A stretch of DNA of 32,308 nucleotides from the NCBI GenBank assembly GCA_031367385.1, contig JANLPS010000526.1:1-32308 (forward strand), in the 5' to 3' direction. Made by a program: the position numbers and the translations under genes. The notes below the pieces were generated by a model. That model made no database searches and was not told where the DNA came from. It saw only the letters and a program-made list of their open reading frames with translations. The stretch comes from Archangium sp. GTDB taxonomy: Bacteria; Myxococcota; Myxococcia; Myxococcales; Myxococcaceae. Of this stretch, positions 9,554 through 17,967 are shown one piece after another. Each line of letters starts with the position of its first letter. Position 1 is the first letter of the stretch.

Positions 9554-10790
9554 TGGTGAAGATCGGCATGTACATGGCGATCAGAAAGCCACCGACCACG
9601 CCGCCGAGAAAGACCATCATGATGGGCTCGATCAACGCCGTCAGGCCCGCCACCGAGGTGTCGACCTCGTCATCGTAAAAATCGGCGATCTTGTTGAGCA
9701 TCTGATCCATCGCGCCGGTGGCTTCACCGACGCCGATCATCTGCACCACCATCGAGGGGAAAACCTTGGTCTCGGCCAACGGGCCAGCGATGTTCTTGCC
9801 TTCTGAGATCTTCGTTCGAACGTAAAGAATGCCTTTTTCGATGGTTCGATTGCCGGCGGTCTTCGCGGTCACGTCGAGCGCGTCGAGAATCGGCACGCCT
9901 GAGCTGATCATCGTGCCCAGCGTACGCGTGAAGCGCGCCACTGCGACCTTGCGAAGCACATCGCCGATGATCGGGGCGAAGAGAATGCCCTTGTCGAACA
10001 GCTCGCGGCCCCGGGGGTTTCGATAGAAGGCCACGCAGATCACGCCGACGACGGTGACCGTGCCGACGATGTGAAAGATGTACTGCTGCAGCCAGGCCGA
10101 CAAGTCGACCACGAACTGGGTCGGGGCCGGCAGGGTACCGCCGAAGTCAGAGAACATCTTCGCGAACACCGGAGTCACCTTCAGCAGCAGCACCGCCGTG
10201 ACGACCACACCGACCAACATGACGACCACCGGGTAGGTCAGCGCGCCCTTGACCTGGCGTTTGAGCTTCTCGGCCTTTTCGCGGTAGGCCGCTAGACGGT
10301 TCAAAATCGTGTCGAGAATACCGCCGACTTCACCGGCGGCGCAGAGCTGAACGAAGAGCTCGTCGAACACCTTGGGGTGATCTTTGAGCGCGTCTGAGAA
10401 CGTCGAACCGCCTTCGACCTTGTTCTTGATCGCGAAGATGACCTTCTTGAGCGCACCGTTGTCGGTCTGCGAGCCCAAGATGTCGAGGCACTGCACCAGC
10501 GGCAGGCCGGCGTCGATCATCGTGGCGAACTGGCGGGTGAAGATCAGCAGGTCGCGACCGGCGACCGAGCCCGGCAACGAGATGTTCGAATCGAGCAGGC
10601 CCTTCTTCTTCACCTTCGACGGCGTCAGGCCGAGTGACTTGAGGCGGGCGTCGACCGCGGCTGGGTCGTTGGCCTCCATTTCGCCCTTCTTGACCTCGCC
10701 CTGCTTGGTCTTGGCCTCCCACAGGTAGATAGGCGAAGAGACTTTCTTCGCTTTTGCTGCAGGCTTCGGCGCGGCTTGTACAGTAGCCAT
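9534..10790 (-). CDS. pilC: Type IV pilus inner-membrane platform protein PilC
   Basis: FTRQFATMIDAGLPLVQCL, AGEVGGILD, GEATGAMDQML, LIEPIMMVFLG (T2SSF repeats); GAGGT SD. Confidence 0.95.
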   Translation of the reverse strand: MATVQAAPKPAAKAKKVSSPIYLWEAKTKQGEVKKGEMEANDPAAVDARLKSLGLTPSKVKKKGLLDSNISLPGSVAGRDLLIFTRQFATMIDAGLPLVQCLDILGSQTDNGALKKVIFAIKNKVEGGSTFSDALKDHPKVFDELFVQLCAAGEVGGILDTILNRLAAYREKAEKLKRQVKGALTYPVVVMLVGVVVTAVLLLKVTPVFAKMFSDFGGTLPAPTQFVVDLSAWLQQYIFHIVGTVTVVGVICVAFYRNPRGRELFDKGILFAPIIGDVLRKVAVARFTRTLGTMISSGVPILDALDVTAKTAGNRTIEKGILYVRTKISEGKNIAGPLAETKVFPSMVVQMIGVGEATGAMDQMLNKIADFYDDEVDTSVAGLTALIEPIMMVFLGGVVGGFLIAMYMPIFTIAQAIK

Positions 10791-10942
10791 CAAGACCTCG
10801 GGTTCGAAACAATGGAGAACAGGCTGGTGATACTAGCGGCCTGCGTTGAAATAGCTAAAGAGGTACCCCAGCATACCCTTCCCTACGTGACACTTTGGCT
10901 TCACAGGGTGCCGGTGAAGACCCTCGCGGCGGCCCGTACGGC

Positions 10943-12079
10943 TCACCGCCCAGGAGGCCCACCACCAGGCCGCCCCGCTCCGCCCAAGTGACCGGGCAAC
11001 GCGCCCGCTCCGGCACCACCGCTCGCCATGATGTTCTTCAGCTCGTCGGGGTCGCTCGATCGGGCGAACGCTTCGTCCATGCTGATTGACTTGCGGGCCA
11101 GCAGCTGGGCGAGCGCCTGGTTGAAGGTCTGCATGCCGAACTTCGACTGACCGACCTGCATCGACGAATAAATTTGATGAACCTTGTCTTCGCGAATCAG
11201 GTTTCGAATCGCAGGGTTGGGGATCATGACTTCGAGAGCCAACACCCGGCCGTTGCCCGATGACTTGGCAATGAGCGACTGCGACATGATGCCCTCGAGC
11301 ACGAACGAGAGCTGCGCGCGAACCTGCGGCTGCTGGTAGGGAGGAAACACGTCGAGAATGCGGTTGATGGTCTGCACCGCGCTGTTGGTGTGGAGCGTGG
11401 CAAACGCGATGTGGCCCGTCTCGGCGATCACCAGCGCGGCTTCAATCGTCTCGAGGTCGCGCATCTCGCCGACCAGCACCACGTCGGGGTCTTGCCGCAA
11501 GATGTACTTGAGCGCGGTCTTGAAATTCTTGGTGTCGGCACCCACTTCGCGCTGATTCACCAGGCAGTTCTTGTGCGGGTGCAGGTACTCGATCGGGTCT
11601 TCGATCGTCATGATGTGCTCGTGACGCTCGGTGTTGATCTTGTCGATCATCGAGGCGAGCGTGGTCGACTTGCCCGAGCCCGTCGGGCCTGTGACCAGCA
11701 CCAGGCCTCGCGGCTTCTTGGCGAGCTCAGAGACGATCGGCGGCAGCCCCAGCTCGGCGAAGGTTAGAATCTTGAAAGGTATCGTGCGAAATGCGCCGGC
11801 CACCGCGCCGCGCTGCATGAAGATGTTCGAGCGAAAGCGCGAGAGGCCCTTCACGCCGAACGACAGGTCGAGCTCGTTCTCTTCTTCGAACTTGTGCTTC
11901 TGCGCGTCGGTGAGAATCGAGTAGCACAGCTGTTTGGTCTCGACCGGCGTCAGCGGGGGCATCTTCAGCGGCACCAGATCGCCGTCGATGCGCAGCTGCG
12001 GTGGAGACCCCGTCGTGATGTGCAGGTCGCTGGCGCCCTTCTCGACCATCGCCTTGAGCAGCTGATGCAGATTCGCCAA
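10943..12079 (-). CDS. pilT: Type IV pilus retraction ATPase PilT
   Basis: TTG start giving (M)ANLHQLLKAMVEKGASDLH with GAGGT SD; GPTGSGKST, TIEDPIE, LRQDPD, AETGH..FATLHT, AIRNLIRE; Gly/Pro-rich tail. Confidence 0.95.
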   Translation of the reverse strand: MANLHQLLKAMVEKGASDLHITTGSPPQLRIDGDLVPLKMPPLTPVETKQLCYSILTDAQKHKFEEENELDLSFGVKGLSRFRSNIFMQRGAVAGAFRTIPFKILTFAELGLPPIVSELAKKPRGLVLVTGPTGSGKSTTLASMIDKINTERHEHIMTIEDPIEYLHPHKNCLVNQREVGADTKNFKTALKYILRQDPDVVLVGEMRDLETIEAALVIAETGHIAFATLHTNSAVQTINRILDVFPPYQQPQVRAQLSFVLEGIMSQSLIAKSSGNGRVLALEVMIPNPAIRNLIREDKVHQIYSSMQVGQSKFGMQTFNQALAQLLARKSISMDEAFARSSDPDELKNIMASGGAGAGALPGHLGGAGRPGGGPPGR

Positions 12080-12102
12080 GTTGTCGTACCTCTTTCGAAA
12101 GT

Positions 12103-13812
12103 TTAGAAGCGGTCGGGAGCCGTGTTCGAGACGGCTTCTTCGATCGTCGAAAAACCAGTCATCACCTTGTTGAGCGCCGACATGCGCAGCGTGATCATGC
12201 CCAGCCGCATCGCCTCTTGCTTGAGCTCGGCGGTCGAGGCGCCGTTGATCACCAGCTCCTTGAGGCCGTCCCAGAAAGGCATGACCTCGTAGACGGCGAC
12301 GCGGCCGCGGTAGCCACGCTCGTTGCATTCTTTGCAGCCGCCCTTTTCAAAGAGCGTGAAGGTGCCGATCTTGTCGGCCGGTATGCCCGCATCGATCAGC
12401 GCGGCCTCGTCGACGTTCTTCACCTCTTTGCGGCAGGTCATGCACAGCTTGCGGCAGAGCCGCTGGGCCAAGATCAAGTTGAGCGAGGCGGTCACCAGAA
12501 ACGGCTCGATGCCCATGTTCAGCAGGCGGCTGACCGTGCCTGGCGCGTCGTTGGTGTGCAGCGACGAGAGCACCAAGTGGCCGGTGAGCGCGGCCTTGAC
12601 CGCGATTTCGCCGGTCTCGAAGTCGCGAATCTCGCCGATCATGATCGTGTCGGGGTCTTGGCGCAGAAAGCTTCGCAGCGCGGCGGCGAAGTTGAGGCCC
12701 ACGCCCTCGTTCATCTGCACCTGGTTGATGCCCGAGAAGTTGAACTCGACCGGGTCTTCGGCGGTCGACAAGTTCGTCGTCGGGTCGTTGAGGGCCGCCA
12801 GCGCCGAGTAGAGCGTGGTGGTCTTGCCCGAGCCGGTCGGGCCCGTCACCAGCACCATGCCGTACGGGCGGTCGATGGCCTCTTTGAACCACTTGAGCGG
12901 CTCGGGGTCGAAGCCCAGCTTCTGCATGTCGAGCTGCAGGTTCGACTTGTCGAGCAGACGCATGACGATCTTCTCGCCGAACAGCGTCGGGCAGACCGAG
13001 ACGCGAAAGTCCATCTCCTTGCCGCCGCCCAGCTTGATCTTGATGCGACCGTCTTGCGGCAACCGGCGCTCTGAAATGTCGAGCTGCGCCATGATCTTCA
13101 GGCGCGAGGTGATCGCGTTGCGCAGCTTCATCGGAGGCTTCATCACCTCGTACAGCACGCCGTCGATGCGAAACCGAACCCGAAAATCTTTCTCGTAGGG
13201 CTCGACGTGAATGTCTGACGCGCGCTTGCCGATCGCGTCTTTCAAGATCAGGTTCACCAGCTTCACGACCGGCGCGTCGTCGGCCGCGCGGGCCATCTCT
13301 TCGACGCCGGCGATCTCTTCGCCGTCATCGGCGAGCTCGACGTCGTCGGCGTTCATGTCACCGACGATGTCTTCGAGGCTGGGGCCCTTCTCGGAGTAAT
13401 ACTTCTCGATCGCCTCGCGAATCGCGGGCTCAGACGAGACGACCGGCTCGATGTTGTAGCCAGTCAAGAACTTGAGATCGTCGACCGCGTAGATGTTCGA
13501 CGGGTCGCACATCGCGACGATGAGCGAGCTGCCCGCCCGGTTCACCGGCACCACCAGGTGCTTCTCGGCGACGTCTTTGGGCACGAGCTTGATGATCTCG
13601 GCGTCGATGTCGAACTCTTTGAGGTTGATCGCCGGCACGCCGTACTGCTTGCTCAAGAAGTCAGTGAGCTTCGACTCCTCGATGGCGCCTACTTTGATCA
13701 ACGCGGTGCCGATGCGGGCCCCGCTCTTTTGCTGCTCTTCTTGCGCTTTGCGCAGCTGCTGAACCGAAATCAGGCTCTCGCGAACGAGCAGCTCTCCCAG
13801 ACGACCAGACAT
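12103..13812 (-). CDS. pilB: Type IV pilus extension ATPase PilB with N-terminal MshEN domain
   Basis: MSGRLGELL start with GGAGG SD; ASDIHVEP, ERRLPQDGR, GPTGSGKTT, LRQDPD, tetra-Cys CMTC/CKEC. Confidence 0.95.
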   Translation of the reverse strand: MSGRLGELLVRESLISVQQLRKAQEEQQKSGARIGTALIKVGAIEESKLTDFLSKQYGVPAINLKEFDIDAEIIKLVPKDVAEKHLVVPVNRAGSSLIVAMCDPSNIYAVDDLKFLTGYNIEPVVSSEPAIREAIEKYYSEKGPSLEDIVGDMNADDVELADDGEEIAGVEEMARAADDAPVVKLVNLILKDAIGKRASDIHVEPYEKDFRVRFRIDGVLYEVMKPPMKLRNAITSRLKIMAQLDISERRLPQDGRIKIKLGGGKEMDFRVSVCPTLFGEKIVMRLLDKSNLQLDMQKLGFDPEPLKWFKEAIDRPYGMVLVTGPTGSGKTTTLYSALAALNDPTTNLSTAEDPVEFNFSGINQVQMNEGVGLNFAAALRSFLRQDPDTIMIGEIRDFETGEIAVKAALTGHLVLSSLHTNDAPGTVSRLLNMGIEPFLVTASLNLILAQRLCRKLCMTCRKEVKNVDEAALIDAGIPADKIGTFTLFEKGGCKECNERGYRGRVAVYEVMPFWDGLKELVINGASTAELKQEAMRLGMITLRMSALNKVMTGFSTIEEAVSNTAPDRF

Positions 13813-13850
13813 GCGTGTTTCGCCTCCCAAGCCAACGCGGGTGCCGCACC

Positions 13851-14771
13851 CTAGCCTGCTCGCGCGAGGGCTGCGCGTGCTGATTCTAGATCGCGTGCGA
13901 TCTGACCCGCCAATTCGGTGACCGAGGCGAAGCGTTGTTCGGCACGCAGCCGCTCGAGAAATTGCACCCGCAGCCGCTGGTTGTAGAGGTCTTTGGCGAA
14001 GTCGAAAAGGTGCGCTTCGATCGTCACCTCGGTGCCGCCAAAGGTAGGTTTCACACCGATATTGGCCGCACCGCCGTGCCACCCGTCACCGGTTTTGACT
14101 CGCACCGCGTAGACGCCTGGCGCCGGCCTCAGCTCGTTGCGCGTCTCGATGTTCGCGGTGGGAAAACCGATGGTGCGGCCTCGGCCCGCGCCCCTGACCA
14201 CCACCCCGTCGAGGTCGAAGGGCCGGCCCAGCAACCGCGCCGCGGCTTCGACTCGGCCCTCGAGCACGTACTCTCGAATCTTGCTCGATGAGACGACCAC
14301 GCCGTCGACCGTGACGGGTGGCACCACGAAGACCTGGGCGCCTGCCACGGCGGCTGCGGCTCGCAGCGTTTCGAGCGTGCCTGAGCGCTTCGTGCCGTAG
14401 GTAAAGTCAGCGCCGATCACCACCGCTTTGGCGCCCAGGCCCGCGAAGAGGCTGTGCTCGAATTGCTGCGGAGTCACCTTCGCGTATTCGAGCGTGAACG
14501 GCTGCATGATCGCTGCCCCCACCCCGGCCTCGTCGAGGAGCTCGAGCTTTCGCGCCTGCTCGTTGATCAACATCGGCGCCAGTGCCGGCTGCAGCACCTT
14601 GCCCGGGTGCGGCGAAAAGGTGAGCGCGGTGACCATGCCTGTGTTCGCGCCCTTCGCTTGGGCGAACAGCGCTTGGTGGCCCAGGTGCACGCCGTCGAAA
14701 TTGCCCAGGCACACCGCGCATGACGCCAGCTCGCCCGACGATGCAGCGGCAATTGATTCAAAGACCTTCAT
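13851..14771 (-). CDS. ribF: Bifunctional riboflavin kinase/FAD synthetase
   Basis: GNFDGVHLGHQ, TFSPHP, GADFTYG, VSSSKIR, GRTIGFPTAN, EAHLFDF. Start placed at MKVFE. Confidence 0.95.
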   Translation of the reverse strand: MKVFESIAAASSGELASCAVCLGNFDGVHLGHQALFAQAKGANTGMVTALTFSPHPGKVLQPALAPMLINEQARKLELLDEAGVGAAIMQPFTLEYAKVTPQQFEHSLFAGLGAKAVVIGADFTYGTKRSGTLETLRAAAAVAGAQVFVVPPVTVDGVVVSSSKIREYVLEGRVEAAARLLGRPFDLDGVVVRGAGRGRTIGFPTANIETRNELRPAPGVYAVRVKTGDGWHGGAANIGVKPTFGGTEVTIEAHLFDFAKDLYNQRLRVQFLERLRAEQRFASVTELAGQIARDLESARAALARAG

Positions 14772-14826
14772 CGGCGTCGGTATAGCGCGCGACGGTGCCC
14801 GATGCGTGGTATCCGACCGCGCAGAA

Positions 14827-15453
14827 ATGGGTCGCATACCGTTGCGAGAAGAAGTGGCTGGCGCCGAATTCATCGGCGTCAAAGCTCCGCCTGACTGGGT
14901 CGCGGCCTTCGGGTTGCCCACCCCCGGCAGCCTCGAGCTCGAGATCGGCTGTGGCGCCGGAGGCTTCGCCCTCGAGTACACCCGCCGCAACCCTACCGCC
15001 CGCTACGTGGCCTTCGAGTGGCGAAAAAAGTACGCCCGCGAAGTGCAGTTTCGCGCCAAGCAAAAGGGCCTGCAGAACCTCAAGGTCATCGAGGGCGACG
15101 CGCGGCTCGAGGTGCCCAAGCTGTTCACGCCGGGCTCGCTCGACTGCATTCACCTGCAGTTTCCCGACCCCTGGTGGAAGCGGGCTCACCAGAAGCGGGC
15201 CATTCTGCAGCTCGACTTCAGCGTCTTCATGTTGGGCCTGCTCAAGGTCGGCGGCCGCTTCGACTTTCGCACCGACGTGAAAGACGTCGGCGTTCGCGGG
15301 CTGGCGGTGCTCGAAGCCGCCGGGTTTCACAACCCGCTGGGTCTTGGCGTCTTTCACCCCTCCGAGCCCGATGAGGTGCCCTCGACACGCGAGCGCCGGT
15401 ATTTGGTGAGTCAAGAGCCGGTGTACCGCGCGCGGTTGCTCAAACAGGCCTAG
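14827..15453 (+). CDS. trmB: tRNA (guanine-N7)-methyltransferase
   Basis: LEIGCGAGGF SAM motif, FPDPWWKRAHQKR, FRTDV, STRERRY. Start placed at MGRIPLRE. Confidence 0.9.
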   Translation: MGRIPLREEVAGAEFIGVKAPPDWVAAFGLPTPGSLELEIGCGAGGFALEYTRRNPTARYVAFEWRKKYAREVQFRAKQKGLQNLKVIEGDARLEVPKLFTPGSLDCIHLQFPDPWWKRAHQKRAILQLDFSVFMLGLLKVGGRFDFRTDVKDVGVRGLAVLEAAGFHNPLGLGVFHPSEPDEVPSTRERRYLVSQEPVYRARLLKQA

Positions 15454-15477
15454 CGGGCTGCTAGGCTCCGCGGCCCG

Positions 15478-16533
15478 ATGGCTCGTCGCAAGACGCTCGA
15501 AGTCGCTCGCAAAGACGACGCTGCGTCGCTGCGCGAGCAATTGGTGCTGATCGCCGATGACGACCGCGGCATTCTCGAGCGCGTTCGAACCGGGCTCTCT
15601 GAGCATGGGTACCGCTTCATCGAAGTCAGTGACGGGCCGCAGGTGCTCACCGCGCTGAGGGAGCACCACCCTGACCTCCTGCTGATGGACGTTGAGATGC
15701 CCGGCCTGGGCGGCGTCGATGTGTGCAGAATCGTGAAAGCCAACCCGAGCTTCGGCTTCGTGCCGATCATCTTGATGACCTCGGCTCGCCGCGGCGGCAA
15801 GGTCGAGGGCCTCGAGCTGGGCGCCGATGACTACCTGATCAAGCCCTTCGACATGATGGAGCTCTCAGCCCGCGTCAAATCGATGCTGAGGCTCAAGATT
15901 CTGCAAGACGCACTGGTCGAGAAGAACCGCGAGCTCGATCGCATGAACCGCGCGCTCGAAGATCAACGACAGCAGCTCGAGACCCTCTCGCGCACTGACG
16001 GCCTGACCGGCCTGCTCAACCGTCGCCACTTCGACGAGCGCCTCGAGGCCGAGTTTACCCGCTCGCTGCGCTACCATGCTCCGCTCTCGTGTCTGCTGCT
16101 CGACATCGACCACTTCAAGAACGTGAACGACAGCCACGGCCACCCCTTCGGAGACGTGGTGATTCAACGCGTCTCGGCGGTCACCCGGCAGGTGCTGCGC
16201 GATGTCGACGTGCTGGCCCGCTATGGCGGCGAAGAGCTGGTCGCGCTGCTGCCCGAGACCTCGCTCGAAGAGGCCCAGCGCGCCGCCGAACGGGTGCGCG
16301 CCGGCATCGAGGCGCTCGAGCTGACCGCGCCAGGCAAAGTCGCCATGAAGTGCACCGCGTCGGTGGGCGTCTCGACGTTTCCTTCTCCGGGTGTCGATTC
16401 GCCCCACGCGCTGATTCGGCTGGCCGATCAGGGGCTCTACCACGCAAAACAGTCGGGTCGAAATCGAGTGGGGCAAGTGCCGTGGGCCTCGACTTCGTCG
16501 AAAACGGGCACCAAGAGTGACGAAGCGCTATGA
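15478..16533 (+). CDS. Response-regulator diguanylate cyclase (REC-coiled coil-GGDEF)
   Basis: REC (IADDD, LMDVEMP, KPF), TDGLTGLLNRR, DIDHFKNVND..GH..GD, I-site RDVD, active-site variant GGEEL, AKQSGRNR. Confidence 0.92.
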   Translation: MARRKTLEVARKDDAASLREQLVLIADDDRGILERVRTGLSEHGYRFIEVSDGPQVLTALREHHPDLLLMDVEMPGLGGVDVCRIVKANPSFGFVPIILMTSARRGGKVEGLELGADDYLIKPFDMMELSARVKSMLRLKILQDALVEKNRELDRMNRALEDQRQQLETLSRTDGLTGLLNRRHFDERLEAEFTRSLRYHAPLSCLLLDIDHFKNVNDSHGHPFGDVVIQRVSAVTRQVLRDVDVLARYGGEELVALLPETSLEEAQRAAERVRAGIEALELTAPGKVAMKCTASVGVSTFPSPGVDSPHALIRLADQGLYHAKQSGRNRVGQVPWASTSSKTGTKSDEAL

Positions 16534-16973
16534 AGAGCACCATGCGTGGTCTTTCGCTGGTCGGCCTGGTGATGCTCGCGGCCTGCGAGCACTCGGCGGC
16601 CAAGCCATCGGCGTCTTCACCCGAGGCCAGCTACCGCCAGTTCGCCGAGGCCCTGCGCGGCCATGACCCCAAGGTGGCCTGGGAGCTGCTTTCAGCACCC
16701 ACCAAGTCGGCGGCCGAAGTGCGCTCGAAGGCCGTCGCCGCCGCCTCGCAAGGGCTGGTGCGAGATGACCCGATGATCATGGTGCTCCAATCGGGGGTTC
16801 TGCCCGAGGCGAACATCGGCGATATCACCGTGGTGTCGAAGACCGAACAAACCGCCCTGCTCGAGGTCGGCGCCCCCACCCATCGCCAACAAGTGACCAT
16901 GGTCAGAGAACAGCCCACCGGCCCCTGGCTGGTCGACTTGAGCCCCGCCTTCGCTGGAGAAGCCTCGAAATGA
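16530..16973 (+). CDS. Lipoprotein of unknown function (possibly NTF2-like fold)
   Basis: Lipobox LAAC after a hydrophobic signal; SPEASYRQF..AL..D...AWELLS and MVRE...WLVD pattern; ATGA overlaps with both neighbours. Confidence 0.7.
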   Translation: MKSTMRGLSLVGLVMLAACEHSAAKPSASSPEASYRQFAEALRGHDPKVAWELLSAPTKSAAEVRSKAVAAASQGLVRDDPMIMVLQSGVLPEANIGDITVVSKTEQTALLEVGAPTHRQQVTMVREQPTGPWLVDLSPAFAGEASK

Positions 16974-17950
16974 CCGACCGAAACAAAGGTCGGCCGCCTG
17001 CGCCGCTGGTACAGGTGATTCGACGAGGCCCCGCGCCGACCACGCCCTCGGGGGGGCCGGTGCCAGTGCAGCCGGTGCCCGTTCGGCCTGCTGCTGCCCC
17101 CGCCCCTCGCCCCACCGCCAACATGCGGGCGCCGGTGTCGAGGCCGGCGCCGACCAACGCGATACCGTCTGGGCCCCGGGCCGCGCGCGCTCCGAGCAAC
17201 CGGCCTCCTCCGACGGTCGAGCAGATCGCCGCGCTGGCGAAAAAAGAGCGCGTGCCGAACCGAATCGCCAAGGGCGAGCTCGACGGCAAAATGAAGTGTC
17301 GCATTTGGAAGAAGCTGCACGCCGAAGAGGCCAAGCGCTTCGACGAGGCGTGGACGCTGGTCGAAAAGACGCCGGGGCTCGAGCTGCCCGACGCGTTCGG
17401 CGTGGTGCAGAGCGGCTTGACGGTCGAAGAGTTCAACCAACGCCGGGCTCGAATGAAGAAGCGCGCCGAGGTCAAAGAGGCGCGCTCGGCGGTCAATGGG
17501 GAGCGGCTCGACGCCTTCATTTCGCAGCTGGTCGGCTCGAAGGCCGAGCTGTCGATGGTGCTCGGCGAGCGCACGCTGATCGACGTGCTCACCGGTGTAC
17601 AGCCGGTGGCGTTCGACTGCGAGCGCACCGGGCGGCTCGAGAAGCTCAACCTGGTGCTGCTGACCCGCAAATCGACGTGGGACGCGATCGGCAACAACCT
17701 GGTTCGCGACAACCGGCTCAGCCAAAAACCAGCGTCGGTCTCTCGGCAGCCATCTCGCAGGCCAGTGAATGACCCTCGCGCGTTTCTTGACCTCGTCGGT
17801 CAGTCGATCTCCATCTCGCTTCGAAATGGCATCGGCTTGGTCGCGCCGTTGCTGGCGGTCGGGCCCTTCGATGTGCTGCTCGGCAGTGACGGCGCCGAGG
17901 TGTTCGTGCCGCTGCACGCGATGCTGAGCTGGACGACTCCCAAACTCTGA
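16970..17950 (+). CDS. Hypothetical protein: Pro/Ala-rich N-terminus, helical middle, two putative Hfq/Sm-like domains
   Basis: GGAG SD and ATGA coupling support the CDS. The C-terminal SISLRNGIGL...FDVLL...VFVPLHAM aligns by eye with Hfq [10 protein letters not shown]...FVILL...MVYKHAI. The domain call is inference. Confidence 0.7.
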   Translation: MTDRNKGRPPAPLVQVIRRGPAPTTPSGGPVPVQPVPVRPAAAPAPRPTANMRAPVSRPAPTNAIPSGPRAARAPSNRPPPTVEQIAALAKKERVPNRIAKGELDGKMKCRIWKKLHAEEAKRFDEAWTLVEKTPGLELPDAFGVVQSGLTVEEFNQRRARMKKRAEVKEARSAVNGERLDAFISQLVGSKAELSMVLGERTLIDVLTGVQPVAFDCERTGRLEKLNLVLLTRKSTWDAIGNNLVRDNRLSQKPASVSRQPSRRPVNDPRAFLDLVGQSISISLRNGIGLVAPLLAVGPFDVLLGSDGAEVFVPLHAMLSWTTPKL

Positions 17951-17967
17951 GGCAGCGTCGCCTCTCT

